Shown in pieces: positions 27,391 to 38,700 of a stretch of 64,000 nucleotides of DNA. Origin of the DNA: Octopus vulgaris (Eukaryota). The stretch covers positions 137,206,001 through 137,270,000 of the forward strand of contig OX597814.1 of assembly GCA_951406725.2 (NCBI GenBank), given 5' to 3'. The notes under the pieces are model-generated. The model ran no database searches, was not told where the DNA came from, and saw nothing but the letters and a program-made list of their open reading frames with translations. The translations under genes and the position numbers were made by a program. The first letter of the stretch is position 1. The number at the start of each line of letters is the position of its first letter.

Positions 27391-29712
27391 CTTTTAGTTA
27401 CCTCTTGTTTCATACATTCTGAGTAATATAAAGATTTCTTTTCATAAGTTCCAAGTTACTCTGGTGGTTGAAAAAGAATGGGAATGTGTATCATATATGA
27501 TGCATAGATGCTAAGAAAATATATCTGTATCATATACGATGTATGGATGCCAAGAAAATATATGCTGTATATCATATACGATGTATGGATGCCAAGAAAA
27601 TATATGCTGTATATCATTTATGCTGCATGGATGCCAAGAAAATATATCCTGTGTATCATGTATGATGCATGGATACCAAGAAAATATACTCTGTGTATCA
27701 CATGTGATACACAAAACAAGCAAAAGGTTAAGCAGCACTTTGAATTACCTTTCAAAGTAATTTCTTTGAAATGGTTTAAATTTTTTTTTTCTTTTACATT
27801 TAATTATTTCCACATGTTTCCTTCACAACAAACTTTACAATTGGAACAGCTATGTATAGCAGTATTTATAATTGTTTCTAATAATTGTAAAACTAGAAAG
27901 AATTCAGAATGTCATTCTTAATATTTATATGTTTAGTTGCATTCTTGGAAGAAAATCACTGACTCTATTTCCGTTAAATTTTTGTGTTTCTTTCATGTTA
28001 CAGAGTAGTCAATTAATATGCCAGCCATTCCCAGCCCAGATGTATTGCCTAAAGCTCTATCTTGATCTCATTGAAGGTAAATAAACATGTATCTAATATA
28101 ACAGATTATTAAATAAGGGACCTGGTATGTTTTGTTGTTGTTCAAATCTTTCCAAGTAGACCTAAGATCAAAGGTAGTCCAGCTTTGACCATCTTGTCTT
28201 TTTGTATATCAGTCACAGTGTCTAATGTATACTTCTTTTTTTAAGATTGTAGGATATGATTTGAAGATTTGAGTGCTATTTCTAGTAGGTCAAGCAAATG
28301 TGTAAAGGCTCCCTCATCGTCTCTATGTGTTTGGTTTACTCTTAGAGTTAAATTAATGTGCTAAATACCAAAGTAATGTAAAGACCCCCTTCAGTCATGA
28401 ATGACCATGAGATTGCACCTAGAAAGTTACCCTCTGAGGCACAAGTCTGGGCAAGAATTTTTGTGAAAGATCAGCAGTCACCTATGCATACCAACCTCCT
28501 CTCTCTATACCAACAATGTTGTCCAAGGGAAAGGAAAGGGTTTATACAGCTTGGCACCAGTGATACCACAATTCATCTCTACAACTGAGTGACATGGAGT
28601 AATTCGAAATAAAGTGTCTTGCTCAAGAACACAACACACAGCTGAGTTTTGGAATCAAACTCACAACCTCATAATTATAAGCCCAATGCTCTAACCACTG
28701 AGCCATGTGTCTTCACCTAAATACTACAATTTTATTATTACTGAAATGCAGTATTTTATATAATTTTGTGTTGTGTAGAACACATACTCACTCAAGAAAC
28801 CTGCTACATACCTACAGAAGGCTTTTTTTAATTTCATGGAAAATTAAAAAGTGATCTGCAATTAAAAAAGCACAAATACAAATTTATTCCTTTCTCCGAA
28901 TTATTGATTGTGTATTCATTATTGTTGTATCCAACTTAGAAAACAATAGCCTGTACTGAAGTATATTTTAATAATTTTTTATTATTTTGGTCAATTTCTG
29001 CATGACCCGGAAAAAAAAACCAGACATAATTTTTTGTATTCAGAATACGACACGTAAAAGCACCAACCAATTGTGGCTGTTTGCCAGCCTCCTCTGGCCC
29101 CTGTGCCGGTGGCACGTAAAAAACACCCACTACACTCACGGAGTGGTTGGCGTTAGGAAGGGCATCCAGCTGTAGAAACACTACCAGATCAAACTGGAGC
29201 CTGGTGCAGCCTCCTGGCTTCCCAGACCCCAGTCAAACCGTCCAACCCATGCTAGCATGGAAAACGGACGTTAAACGATGATGATGATGACGACGACGAC
29301 GACTGGCATGCAACCATATGCTGCCATCTGTTGGCATGCTACAGAACTAGTCCAGAAACTTTTTGATACCATCTTGTATGTATATATATATATATAAGAT
29401 TAATAATTATTTCTTCTTAATTGTGATGAATCTTCCACTAAGATGGTGTAGCCTTCCAGTGTGCCAGCCCAGTCAAACTGTCCAACCCATGCCAGTATGG
29501 ACAATGGGTGTTAAATGATGATGATGATGAATTGTGATGAATAATAAAATAAATTAATTACTAACTTCCTAAATTTATCTATTTCTTTTTTAGGCCGCCG
29601 AGCAACTGCCCAATACATCATTAAAGAGTCCTTTGGTCATGTGACTCCCAATAGAGTGGATATGTCAATGATGAACAAGAAAAGCTTAGCAAGTGACCAA
29701 TTACTGCCATGA
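6246..29712 (+). CDS. CNOT10: CCR4-NOT transcription complex subunit 10 (whole gene span, 16 coding exons, ~704 aa)
   Basis: Exons joined by hand at GT-AG sites keep one frame (2115 nt incl. TGA). Recognisable CNOT10 motifs: [100 protein letters not shown]. Confidence 0.95.
8293..8443 (+). CDS. CNOT10: CNOT10 coding exon 2 (EHINID...YVEPL)
   Basis: tttcag acceptor, gtatgt donor; [14 protein letters not shown] motif. Confidence 0.93.
9058..9931 (+). mobile_element. Non-autonomous mariner element with decayed transposase
   Basis: TIRs CAAGGTCTGATCAATAAGTATCCG / CGGATACTTATTGATTAGACCTTG, TA TSDs; HTH fragment [22 protein letters not shown]...DEHSGRP. Confidence 0.9.
11175..11236 (+). CDS. CNOT10: CNOT10 coding exon 3 ([21 protein letters not shown])
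   Basis: ttccag/gtagtt boundaries, phase 1 in, phase 0 out. Confidence 0.9.
11938..12127. mobile_element. piggyBac-type MITE
   Basis: TTAA|CCCTTTTG ... CAAAAGGG|TTAA termini. Confidence 0.65.
12720..12887 (+). CDS. CNOT10: CNOT10 coding exon 4 ([13 protein letters not shown]...KISL)
   Basis: tttcag/gtaagt boundaries, 168 nt. Confidence 0.92.
13143..13226 (+). CDS. CNOT10: CNOT10 coding exon 5 ([28 protein letters not shown])
   Basis: tttcag/gtaagt boundaries; conserved KACKREIK; not in the ORF track. Confidence 0.93.
14200..14830 (+). mobile_element. Highly decayed RTE-like LINE fragment
   Basis: tatgctgatgatctagtcatcatagca = YADDLVIIA at ~14323; downstream similarity to the RTE copy at 19.9-20.4 kb. 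Confidence 0.5.
14835..15059 (-). mobile_element. tRNA-derived SINE (second family)
   Basis: Minus strand has a tRNA-like head with B-box GAGTTCAAATTC and an AT-rich tail. Confidence 0.7.
15689..15950 (+). CDS. CNOT10: CNOT10 coding exon 6 ([16 protein letters not shown]...DDP)
   Basis: ttttcag/gtaaag boundaries; YNNLGCIHF motif. Confidence 0.94.
15982..16390 (+). mobile_element. tRNA-derived SINE with internal (TA)n/(TG)n; further + copies at ~5397-5800, 23289-23470, 25735-26100
   Basis: Head GTGGCTGTGTGGTAAGAAGCTTGC...GGTTCAGTCCCA (A/B boxes); tail GACTAAACACAAGTAAAAGA; multicopy in the window. Confidence 0.85.
17934..18130 (+). CDS. CNOT10: CNOT10 coding exon 7 (AKCGAP...MNYRE)
   Basis: ttttcag/gtataa boundaries; [13 protein letters not shown] motif. 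Confidence 0.94.
18898..20430 (-). mobile_element. 5'-truncated RTE-clade LINE with 3'UTR and (ATG)n tail; tail-only copies at ~10150-10520, 16958-17120, 24470-24785, 29050-29300, 58016-58195
   Basis: [11 protein letters not shown] (YADD at 20338-20327), [22 protein letters not shown], (CAT)n at the left end. Confidence 0.88.
20577..20692 (+). CDS. CNOT10: CNOT10 coding exon 8 (SNEDDKK...GVHRKLILG...)
   Basis: ttgcag/gtttgt boundaries; GxHRKLIL motif. Confidence 0.9.
20815..20937 (+). CDS. CNOT10: CNOT10 coding exon 9 ([25 protein letters not shown]...)
   Basis: ttttag/gtaagg boundaries, phase 2/2. Confidence 0.92.
21433..21504 (+). CDS. CNOT10: CNOT10 coding exon 10 ([24 protein letters not shown])
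   Basis: ttttcag/gtatgt boundaries; PAPPS motif. Confidence 0.9.
22140..22253 (+). CDS. CNOT10: CNOT10 coding exon 11 ([16 protein letters not shown]...SGAQR)
   Basis: tttcag/gtaact boundaries. Confidence 0.92.
23851..23981 (+). CDS. CNOT10: CNOT10 coding exon 12 ([27 protein letters not shown]...)
   Basis: ttacag/gtatga boundaries. Confidence 0.93.
25347..25406 (+). CDS. CNOT10: CNOT10 coding exon 13 ([20 protein letters not shown]), poorly conserved linker
   Basis: taatag/gtaaga boundaries, 60 nt, symmetric phase 1, open frame. Confidence 0.72.
26280..26690 (-). mobile_element. Full-length young copy of the same SINE; further - copies at ~32515-32880, 57330-58380 (interrupted), 58855-59070
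   Basis: Near-identical blocks across copies (ttttacttgtttcagtcatttgactgtggccatgctgg ... cttaccacacagccactcc). Confidence 0.88.
26913..27034 (+). CDS. CNOT10: CNOT10 coding exon 14 (ALVSWMP...[24 protein letters not shown])
   Basis: ttacag/gtaaac boundaries; TPR-like. Confidence 0.92.
27170..27387 (+). mobile_element. 3' end of a CR1-group LINE
   Basis: [22 protein letters not shown]...SFK, stop, short UTR, (TTA)n tail. Confidence 0.8.
27487..27710. repeat. Minisatellite, ~5.5 copies of a 39-42 bp unit
   Basis: Unit tgtatcatatacgatgtatggatgccaagaaaatatatgc with variants. Confidence 0.9.
28004..28076 (+). CDS. CNOT10: CNOT10 coding exon 15 ([24 protein letters not shown])
   Basis: ttacag/gtaaat boundaries. 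Confidence 0.9.
28380..28715 (-). mobile_element. tRNA-derived SINE (third family); + copy at ~55695-56025, related heads at ~7815 and ~10573
   Basis: Head GGCTCAGTGGTTAGAGCATTGGGC...GAGTTYRATTCC; tail GAAGGGGGTCTTTA shared with the 55.7-kb copy. Confidence 0.8.
29594..29712 (+). CDS. CNOT10: CNOT10 last coding exon ([13 protein letters not shown]...DQLLP*)
   Basis: tttttag acceptor, phase fits, TGA at 29710-29712. Confidence 0.87.
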
Positions 29713-31234
29713 GATCTTGCCCCTGTGAGTGATTGCTGTGAAAACTTTAAAAACCTGTTCAGTCTTCAGACGACCTCAGCATTCTTCGAATGGCTATTAT
29801 ATGTATAATGGCCATTAGTCTGTACCTTTTTTCTGTGTTTAAAAGGTCACTTGCCATTCCTGTCTCTTGAAACCCTGTATTGGGGAACATCTGAAAATTG
29901 ACAGTTTGGGGGCTCTTAGCTGCTGTCTCTGAGAAATGAACTACATTCATTAGAAAGGAAAAAGAAAAAAACACACTAAACTGTTATTCATTGTTTGTCT
30001 CTTTCTTTCAGTCCAGCATCTGTAGCACAATGGAAGTGAGTAGAATGGAAGCTGAGTAATTAATTTCTTTCATTATGTCATACACTCTTTGCTGTGGCAC
30101 CACCTACATCTCTCTTCTCTTTTTCAACATTTCCTATCTGTCTTCTAACAGATTCTACCTCTCTCTCTTTCTTTCTCTCTACAAGCATTTTCAGAATCTT
30201 TTCACTGGAAATTCACTCTAATATAAAAAATGGAAACAGTTTCAATTATTGATGAAACTGAATGTCACATTTTCCCCGCCATTTTTGAATGAATGTTTGT
30301 GTGCAGTTATTAGCTTGGACTGGAATAAATTGTTTCAAAGGAAAAAAAAAACTTACTTTTTGATGAGTTAGTGTAATTTTGATTTTTATACGCTTTCATT
30401 TTTAGGTGATTTAGAAGCCCATAATAACTGTTTTTTCTCGTCTGTTATTGTTTATCATTATATTTTGCCATACCAAAATCCAGAATGAGCTGGACAGTTT
30501 AGTAAATTTGAACATTCATACTCTAGTAGATCCTGTTTTGATAGTTGTTGGATTACTCTTTCTACTTAGTTGTGAAGTGGAAATAGTAACTTGGTAGCTA
30601 AGCTTTAAAAAAAAATGGTTAGTAAAATTTAAACTCATGACTATGCTATCATCATACCTTTTAATTATCATTTATGGTTGTAAATAGTTTAGGCGGGATT
30701 TTCAGAACTCTTTTAGGAAAATTTTAATATCACGACACTGCATTTCATTTCCAAGTAACACTGAAGTTGTCAAAAACAGAATACAACTGGATTAGCAGCT
30801 CATGCATTATAAAATCAAATTTGGCAGCAGTTTGTTTCTGCTTATGTTTCAACTAATCTAACTGGTGAAAATACTTGCCAGATTGTTAACTATTCTTCAG
30901 TTTAACAAGAGAATGTAACTTAGTCTTCATGCACTGGCTGGCATATCACTCCATGTTTATATAAAGAATGTTGCTTACATGCTATGCTCTATAACCCTAT
31001 AAATAGTTTCTATCATACAAATCTTGTTCCAAAATATAAATTTGTCATAAGGTTTGATGGTGTACTTAGTATAATAATTAATGAGTGGTGAATATTGAAG
31101 AGATGAAATTTCCAGCAACCAGAACCCAATTATAATTGTTGATTGAAATCAATTCACTTCTTTTATGCTGCTAATACTTACAGGGCTTCCTCTTCCTGTA
31201 ATGAAAACAAACCAAAATAATCGCCAAAGGATGG

Positions 31235-31286
31235 AATAAACAAAAGAAAAGCAAAAGTATGGATGCGTGATATGTATTAGTTTATT
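31235..31286. terminator. Opposed polyadenylation signals: AATAAA (+, 31235-31240) and AATAAA (-, 31286-31281)
   Basis: Motifs seen directly between the convergent stops; an alternative + signal lies at 30324. Confidence 0.45.
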
Positions 31287-31380
31287 AACTGTACTGTTTA
31301 ATGACAGTTTTAATTTCAGAAATATTTAATATTGTTAAATGAAAAGAAACAAATTCAGTCTTAGCAAATTCTGCATGGAA

Positions 31381-31811
31381 TTATTTGTTAGAATTTACAG
31401 AATCCTCATTTTGAAAGGTCTCTGTCTTACATAAAGCTGGGTTAGTTTGTAGATTTGCATCTTCATCTCCAGTAGAGTGATCTGTCACAGTTTCATCAGC
31501 CTCTGGATTAACAGATTGTGAATTATCAGACTTTGGTGGTTGGTTTTCCCCTTCTGTCTCACTGTATGCTGATGATGATTCATCAGCAGCTCCCCACTCA
31601 CTGCCTGGTGTCATAGGGGTCAAAAGGTCAACATCTGAAGGAGAAGTAATATCTCCTGCTACATGAGAGGAGAAAGATATACCAAGAAGTCCCTTCTCAC
31701 TACAAGGAGTTACTTCAGTGGATGCTAAAAATGCTGCCAAACCAGATTCATCTTGGTCCAGTGTAATATCACTAAGATCTAGGTTCTTTGCTCCTTCACC
31801 ATTTGGAAGTC
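31381..31811 (-). CDS. DTNBP1: DTNBP1 last coding exon (LPNGEGAKNLDLSDITLD...SVNSNK*), acidic Ser/Thr-rich tail
   Basis: ttttcag acceptor, open frame to TAA at 31383-31381. Confidence 0.87.
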
Positions 31812-32692
31812 CTGAAAATAAAGCCAGTCTTCATATGAAAAGATTTATTTTTGATTAGGTACAAAATAAATGAATGGAGAGGAAGAGGTACAATCAAAAC
31901 TATTCAAAGAATATTACTGGTGCTTTATTTTTACTGACTCCAGTGACATGAAAATTCCAGTTTACTCAAGAGGAACTTAAACTAAAATAGATCCTAAAGA
32001 TGATAATGTGATATTAAGCTAGTTACACCATGGAGAAAAATATGATACAAGTATGTTTCTTTGAGGTACCTAGTGATTGTGTCTTGGTGCTACTGAAGGT
32101 GACAAGGCTGTTATGTCAAAATTGAAATGTAGATGTCTTCATTGTATGTTGAAGAATAATGTGCAGAAGATGACAGTAAGTGGTATTATCTGCATAGAAG
32201 TAGTTAAAGCAGTGTTTGAACAATAACCAAATCTCATATTACACCAAAATTGATAGAGCGTAAGTTAGAGAGAGAACACATTAGTATGTGGTATAATGAA
32301 AGGAAACTCCCAAAAGCTTGGCCATGTTAAGGCATCACCTTGAAGCGTTTTTAGTCAAACAAATCAACTCCAGAATCTATTTTTCTTTAAAGCCTAGTAC
32401 TTATTTTATTGGTCTCTTTTGCTGAACTGCTATAATATGGGGACATAAACACACCAACACTGGTGTTGTCAAGTAGTGGTTGGGGACAAACAGATACAAA
32501 GACACACACAGATATACTCTTTTACTTGTTTCAGTCATTTGATTGGAGCACTGCCTTTAGTCGAGCAAATTGACCCCAGGACTTATTCTTTGTAAGCCTA
32601 GTACTTATTCTATCGGTCTCTTTTGCCAAACCGCTAAGTTACGGGGACGTAAACACACCAGCATCGGTTGTCAAGCGATGTTGGGGGGACAA

Positions 32693-32743
<51 letters not shown>

Positions 32744-35700
32744 CACAACGGGCTTCTTTCAGTTTCCGTCTACCAAATCCACTCACAAGGCTTTGGTCAG
32801 CCTGAGGCTATAGTAGAAGACACTTGCCTGGAACCATGTGGTTGGTAAGCAAGCTACTTACCACACAGCCACTCCTGCACCTGATATATATATAAACAAC
32901 CAACTTCTTTCATTTCATCTACCAAATCTACTTGCAAAGCTTTGGTCAGCCCAAGGCTAAAGTAGAAGACACTTGCCCAAGGTACCATGCTGTGAGATTG
33001 AACCTAGAACCAGTTCTCATGCCAGGCATTTGAAAGTTTTGCCGAGGCCATTGTCACCAGTACTACTTTCTAATGTTCAAGGGGAAGGGATTCTGTTCCA
33101 TGATTTAAGAAATGAAATTTCCTGTGTATTTAGATTTACAGAAATGATAATGGTGATGACTAAGGAGGAAAAGAGGTGGCTTTAAGATGATGGGAGTAAG
33201 AGCAATAGATTAAAGAAGTTGCCCTTTTTTGAAAATGAGACAATTAGTATTCTCATAGACTGGAATTGATCTGTACACAGAGAAAAACTGAAGAGTTTGG
33301 CAGCATAAAGTGCCTTGTCTGGAACACAAATTGAGGATATTTAAAAGGACACCATCAGAAATATTTGGTGATTATATAATGGAGAGTAGGATATTTAGGA
33401 GGGATTTTGTTGCATGTACACCATAAAGCTGGAAGCAAAATAGGTTTTATGAGACATGCTATTTACAAGGACTATTTTAATTTAGTTGAATAGGATTATG
33501 CTAAGTTGGATGAGGCCCTCTTGGCAAAGGATCTATTTATTGTACAAAAAGGTCTGCTTTGCTTTCCAGGTAGTTGTCTTTCAAGTGTTTTGATGATGAA
33601 TAAATGGCTCCCAGTAGGTGGTGGTGAATGACTATTGCAAGCAAGTATTGTTCACTTGTTGCAGTACTATTTCAAGTGAACAACTTGGGGTGTCTTAGTT
33701 TTAACTAAGAGAAGAAGTAATTTTAGTCTGTGTTGCAGGTGAATATTTACAGCCAGAGTTAGTAGACATACAACCAAAGAGCTAACTTGAAGTGCAGTAG
33801 GAATATGTGAGTTGTTTTTATCTTGATTAGGCAGGAGATAGTGACGACTAGGTTTAGAGGTGAGATAAATGTCTGAAATGCAGGATGAGAATTAGTTAAC
33901 CAATGTGGTGGAAGGTAGTTTGCAATGTTATATAGACAGACATCATCATTTTATGTCCACTTTCCATGCTGGCATTGGTTAGATGAATCATTTCTTATAG
34001 CAAACCACTGCTCTCATAGGCTAAGACTCATATATATTATTTTTACCCAGTTTCTAGGGTTGGATGCTTTTCTTTATAGAATGTAATGGGTGCATTTTCT
34101 TGTGGCATCAGTACTAGAGAGGTTTATAAAATAAGACTAAAGAGAACTCAAAACCTTGTGCTTTTTCTACTCCTTTGCTATCCATTTTACATTTGTGTAA
34201 TGGGGATATTTTTCATGGCATCAGTTTTTTCCACTTGCTTATCATCCACTTTACAGTGTATAGTGTATGTATTTTTTCATGGTATCAGAATTAAGGACAT
34301 TGTTGAGTCCTTCAGACAGAACTAAGGGACACTCAACCCTATTTCATTTCTGCTCACTCACCAATTACTGTAGCTAAAGTCTGTTGGAAAAAGGGAGTCT
34401 CTTTTTCCTGTGGTACCAGTATATAAATTGTGTGAGGAGGGTGCCTTGTACACTGAGTGCAGAGAGTACTCAATGACCTAAGATGTGTGCTTTTGCTCAT
34501 TTAAAATGACAAAAGAGGGAAACAGTGGAAGACAGAACAGAGTCATTGGAACAGTAACAAGAAGGGAATGAAGGCAAAAACAGAAGTGGACAAATGCAAG
34601 AGAAGGTGGTAGGTGATAACAGAAGTGGTCCAACAGAGAGAAATATTATGGATGGCAGCAGTACAGAAGAGTGAAGTGGGCATATGGCATAGTGGTTAAG
34701 AGCACGGGCTACTAACCCCAAGATTCCGAGTTCGATTCCAAGCAGTGACCTGCACAATAATAATAATACTAAAAATAATAACATCCAAAAATACCTTAGG
34801 AATGAGAACCCAGGTTCGAAATTTCCCCCAAGACACCTGAAGATGGCTGGAGGGTATATCAGCCGAAACATGTTGACAACAAACAAGATAAGGACAAATA
34901 TCCATCGAATGTAAATAATGTACATAATTCCTCATCTCTTAAATATAGAACAGTGAAGTGGAGTGTATTGAGAGCAAATTTAACCAAATGAAGGTGAGGC
35001 AAGTCTATACATGTGTTCATACCATCTTTCTTACTGCAGAAGTCATCTATGTTAGCTTATATGTTTCAGAGAAATAAGAATGAATAAAGTGGAGGGTGTG
35101 AGAGGAAAGAAGACAGAGGATAAACAGAAGAAAAGAATGAGGAGAATATTTGAAGATTGTATATAGATGAAGTAGGTAACATTCTTTGGTGAAAATGTGA
35201 GAAAGTGGTTGTATAAAAGAAACTAAGTTTAGAACATGTAGGCAGAATTTTGAATAAAACAGAATTTCAATTAATGTAGTAGGTGGATCATCAACATAAG
35301 TTTTAATTGAAGTTAATTATTTTATGAACATTAAATGTCAGACCATTATTCCTTGAAAGAGTAAACTGAAACGAAGCCAAAACAGAATTTTGTAAGGAGG
35401 AAGAAAAGAAAAAGGATATAAGATTAGAATGAAGTTCTATCATTAATATGTAATAAGTATAGAGTAGAGAACTGAAGTTGTTGTAGAAGCAAATAGGAAA
35501 CATACTGTTCATATGGCCGTGTGTACGATAATAATCTAAGTCATTTTGGAATGCTTCTTCAAATGTTTCTGATCTTTCACGCAATACATCCTGTTTCTGT
35601 TTTATCTTTTTCTCAGCTTGTACTGCAAGTTCTACGTTCTTTTGGGCTGAAAAAAAAATACAAATAACAGTTATTACTTTACAACAAAAGTACCTTTATT

Positions 35701-38700
35701 CACTGAAGAGTTATAAAAATATTTTTCTAAAATCATTTGACAGAGAGGTAGTGCCATTAACACAGGCCAAAATATGACGATGAGATTGATATACTTCATG
35801 TTCAGTCTGAATATCTGTAGGTTGAACTTTTAGGAAAACATGAGTAGCAACTCTGGAGAAGATTGATTAGGAAAAAGGGTTTAGTGCATGATTTTGAGAG
35901 GAGGAAGAATGCATGGAGTGAACTGGACAGAGTGACATTTTCGTGTTGGTGAGCAGGTCTTCACCAATCAGCTGGACAACCTTCTTTTGGATGTAATTCA
36001 AGGTGTAATCCAAACATGCACAGTGCAATTAAACTTCATAAAGAGTGGGTAATTGGTTGCATTGAAGTTGTCATTGTTGTGCAAGTAATAAACAAAGCAG
36101 AGGCAATTGATGTAAGTCAGTCAGTTACTGTTTCTCTACAGAAGTATTTTATGACCTTGAACAGGAAACCTAATCTTTAAAATGCAATAGGTACAAGTAC
36201 AATGAACTTGCAAATCCCAAGATTTTTATACACACTGGTTGCTAAAAATTAGAGGGAACATTAACCCTTTAGTATTTAAACCAGCCATATCCAGCCCAAA
36301 TATTATACTTGTTTTATATACCAACTAGCCATATTCAGCCTCTCACACCTACTCTACATTGCCATACTAAAAATATACAAGCACATCATCAAAATCTCAA
36401 TACAAAAAGATAATGCATGAGTAATTCAAAATAATGCAAATAAATAAGCTTTATATTAGACAGAATAATCTGAATGCTAAAGGATTAATCTCTGACTTCT
36501 TTGTTCAATGTGTCCTTCCTTTTTCAAGACAACTTGGATGTGGTTTAAAGGAGATTTGGCTGCTATCTCTAGCAAGTAAAGTAACCACATAGAGACTGCC
36601 TCATTGGTCCATATTAAATGTACAGATTAAATGTAGTTGAAGTTTTACATAAAGCATTTAAAAAAGAAAATTGTCAACTTTTCACTTATAAGAAATAATT
36701 TTCATTCCCCTTATGACAAGGTCATCATGCATTAAAAAGTAGGGGAGATGATGATGGAAAATTAGGGCTTTCTGTTCAGCCGGAATTGTTCTGAGTTGAT
36801 TGATGGTGGGTAAAATATTAGAGAGGAGAGTATTACTGAAAGAAAAATTCTAAATAAAGAGTGCGCAAGATGTAATAGTATGGCATCTAGAGCTTAGGGT
36901 ACAGTAGGAAAAAAAAAGACAATATTTATATTAGATTTGGTGCAGATGAATTCAGAGGTTCACACATGGTAGTACTATAGGGAGAAAAACAGCATAACAG
37001 AGTGCCAAAGGTTGTAGAGTGTTATTAAGTTAAAGTTTAACTACTAGGAGGCTAAACTTTTCTTCAGTTTATTTGGGAAATAAGACTACAGAATAAATGT
37101 CTTTAAAAATATTAATAAGAAAACTACAAGAATGATTTCTTTTTAAATACTGTTGGTCTTTTTAAATACAGTAATTGTATAGTAAAAAGGAAAAGATATT
37201 TCATCTTACATGCTAATCTTTTCAATTCTTCTTCTTTCTTTCTCCTATAATTATTGAGTTGGTCTGTGTGTGATTGCATATGTTGTTTCAGTTCCTGGGT
37301 TTCGCTAACATTCTCCAATCGCACAAGGGCTGACTCAACTGAATCACAACTCTCTTCTAAGCAAGCTACATAAAAAAAAAATTATCTTTACATTATATAG
37401 AGAAACACACAGAAAATTTCATAAGCTTTACAGTTTTGAGTGACATACTGAAATTTATGAAATAAAACAAATCATTAAACATGAGAAACACTTAACCTCT
37501 TTAAAAAACCACACGATGTGTGCTAACCCCCAAATTTTCAACCTAATGTGGTAAATTGTTTTGGTTTTTTTCTTCTTCTCATTTTTATGTATATATTTAA
37601 ATCTAAGATAATAAATGCAAACCCGAAGCGTTACAGCTGCAAACTCTACATAATTTTTCTATTAGTAAAACAGAATTTAATTAACATAAATATATCTTCA
37701 AACATTTATATGCAATCCTAATTAAAGATCTGATTAAGTGTCATAGAAATTTGATACTGCTAAATCTTTCATTAGCTTAATAACATCCATATTCATCAGG
37801 TCTATAGACATTATCAGTAACACACTTTGAAAACTTGATGTGATCCCAGCCACTGGCTTAACAGAGGTTCTTCTACCCAGCATCCTGTGAATGTTGTCAT
37901 TGGTCAGCAGCTGACTCCTTCACTAAGACTGCACATCCAATATACTGTTACCTACAGCTTTCCCTATAACCCAATGAGCAGTGAACTCAAAATCAGTTCA
38001 CTGCTTGAACCCTCACCAAACACTACAAGATAAGGCTTGATGACACATACACCTACTTGCTATGGACTGTTCTGAAAATTTTCAGGAAAAAGCATCAGAA
38101 CAAACAAAGGCTGTGTGGCAGTCTTCTTACTATCACTGAGATAGACACGTGTTTTTCAGAGCATTGTTGGAGAGTTAAGCAAGACCTTGTTAGTGATACA
38201 CTAAACTCCTATGGACACACTGACATAGATACACACAATTTGGCCACCCAGTAAACAAATCATTCATCAACTAGCTTTGTATGGACACTGAATGTTGTCC
38301 TGCTGATCTCCTGAATGCTATGCAAGATTGTGATGGGCAGCATGACTGATTCAGAGCAAATCTGAGCAACCTCAACATAATGATTACTGCTAAAGGTAGG
38401 GAACAGCTAGTAGCACAATGATAATATATTGGAATTTTTAACTGGTGATATGAATTTGACTCCTATCTATTTCTTTTGTAGCTAGTATTGTAGTGTGACA
38501 GTAAAGCTTCGTTGAAGAAAGTATGTAGGCTGCTTTTTATTTGCAGTTGGAGTGTTTTTATTTGTGACACTAAGGCACTTGGTATAATCATTCATATCAC
38601 TTCTTATGCTCTAGTAAGTGTAAAATGTCTTGTCTATATAAAACATTGATATTAGTTTCCTAGCTGCTTGTCAATACCAATGCTCATACAAACAATGCCA

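Noticed and set aside
27487-27710. CRISPR-like array or repeat-protein ORF (27508-27921)
   Set aside because: Contiguous units without unique spacers in a eukaryotic intron; an ordinary minisatellite.
34680-34750. tRNA gene
   Set aside because: Has A/B boxes but no convincing acceptor stem, and lies inside a TSD-bounded insert, so it is a SINE head. The same applies to heads at ~7815, 10573 and 55695.
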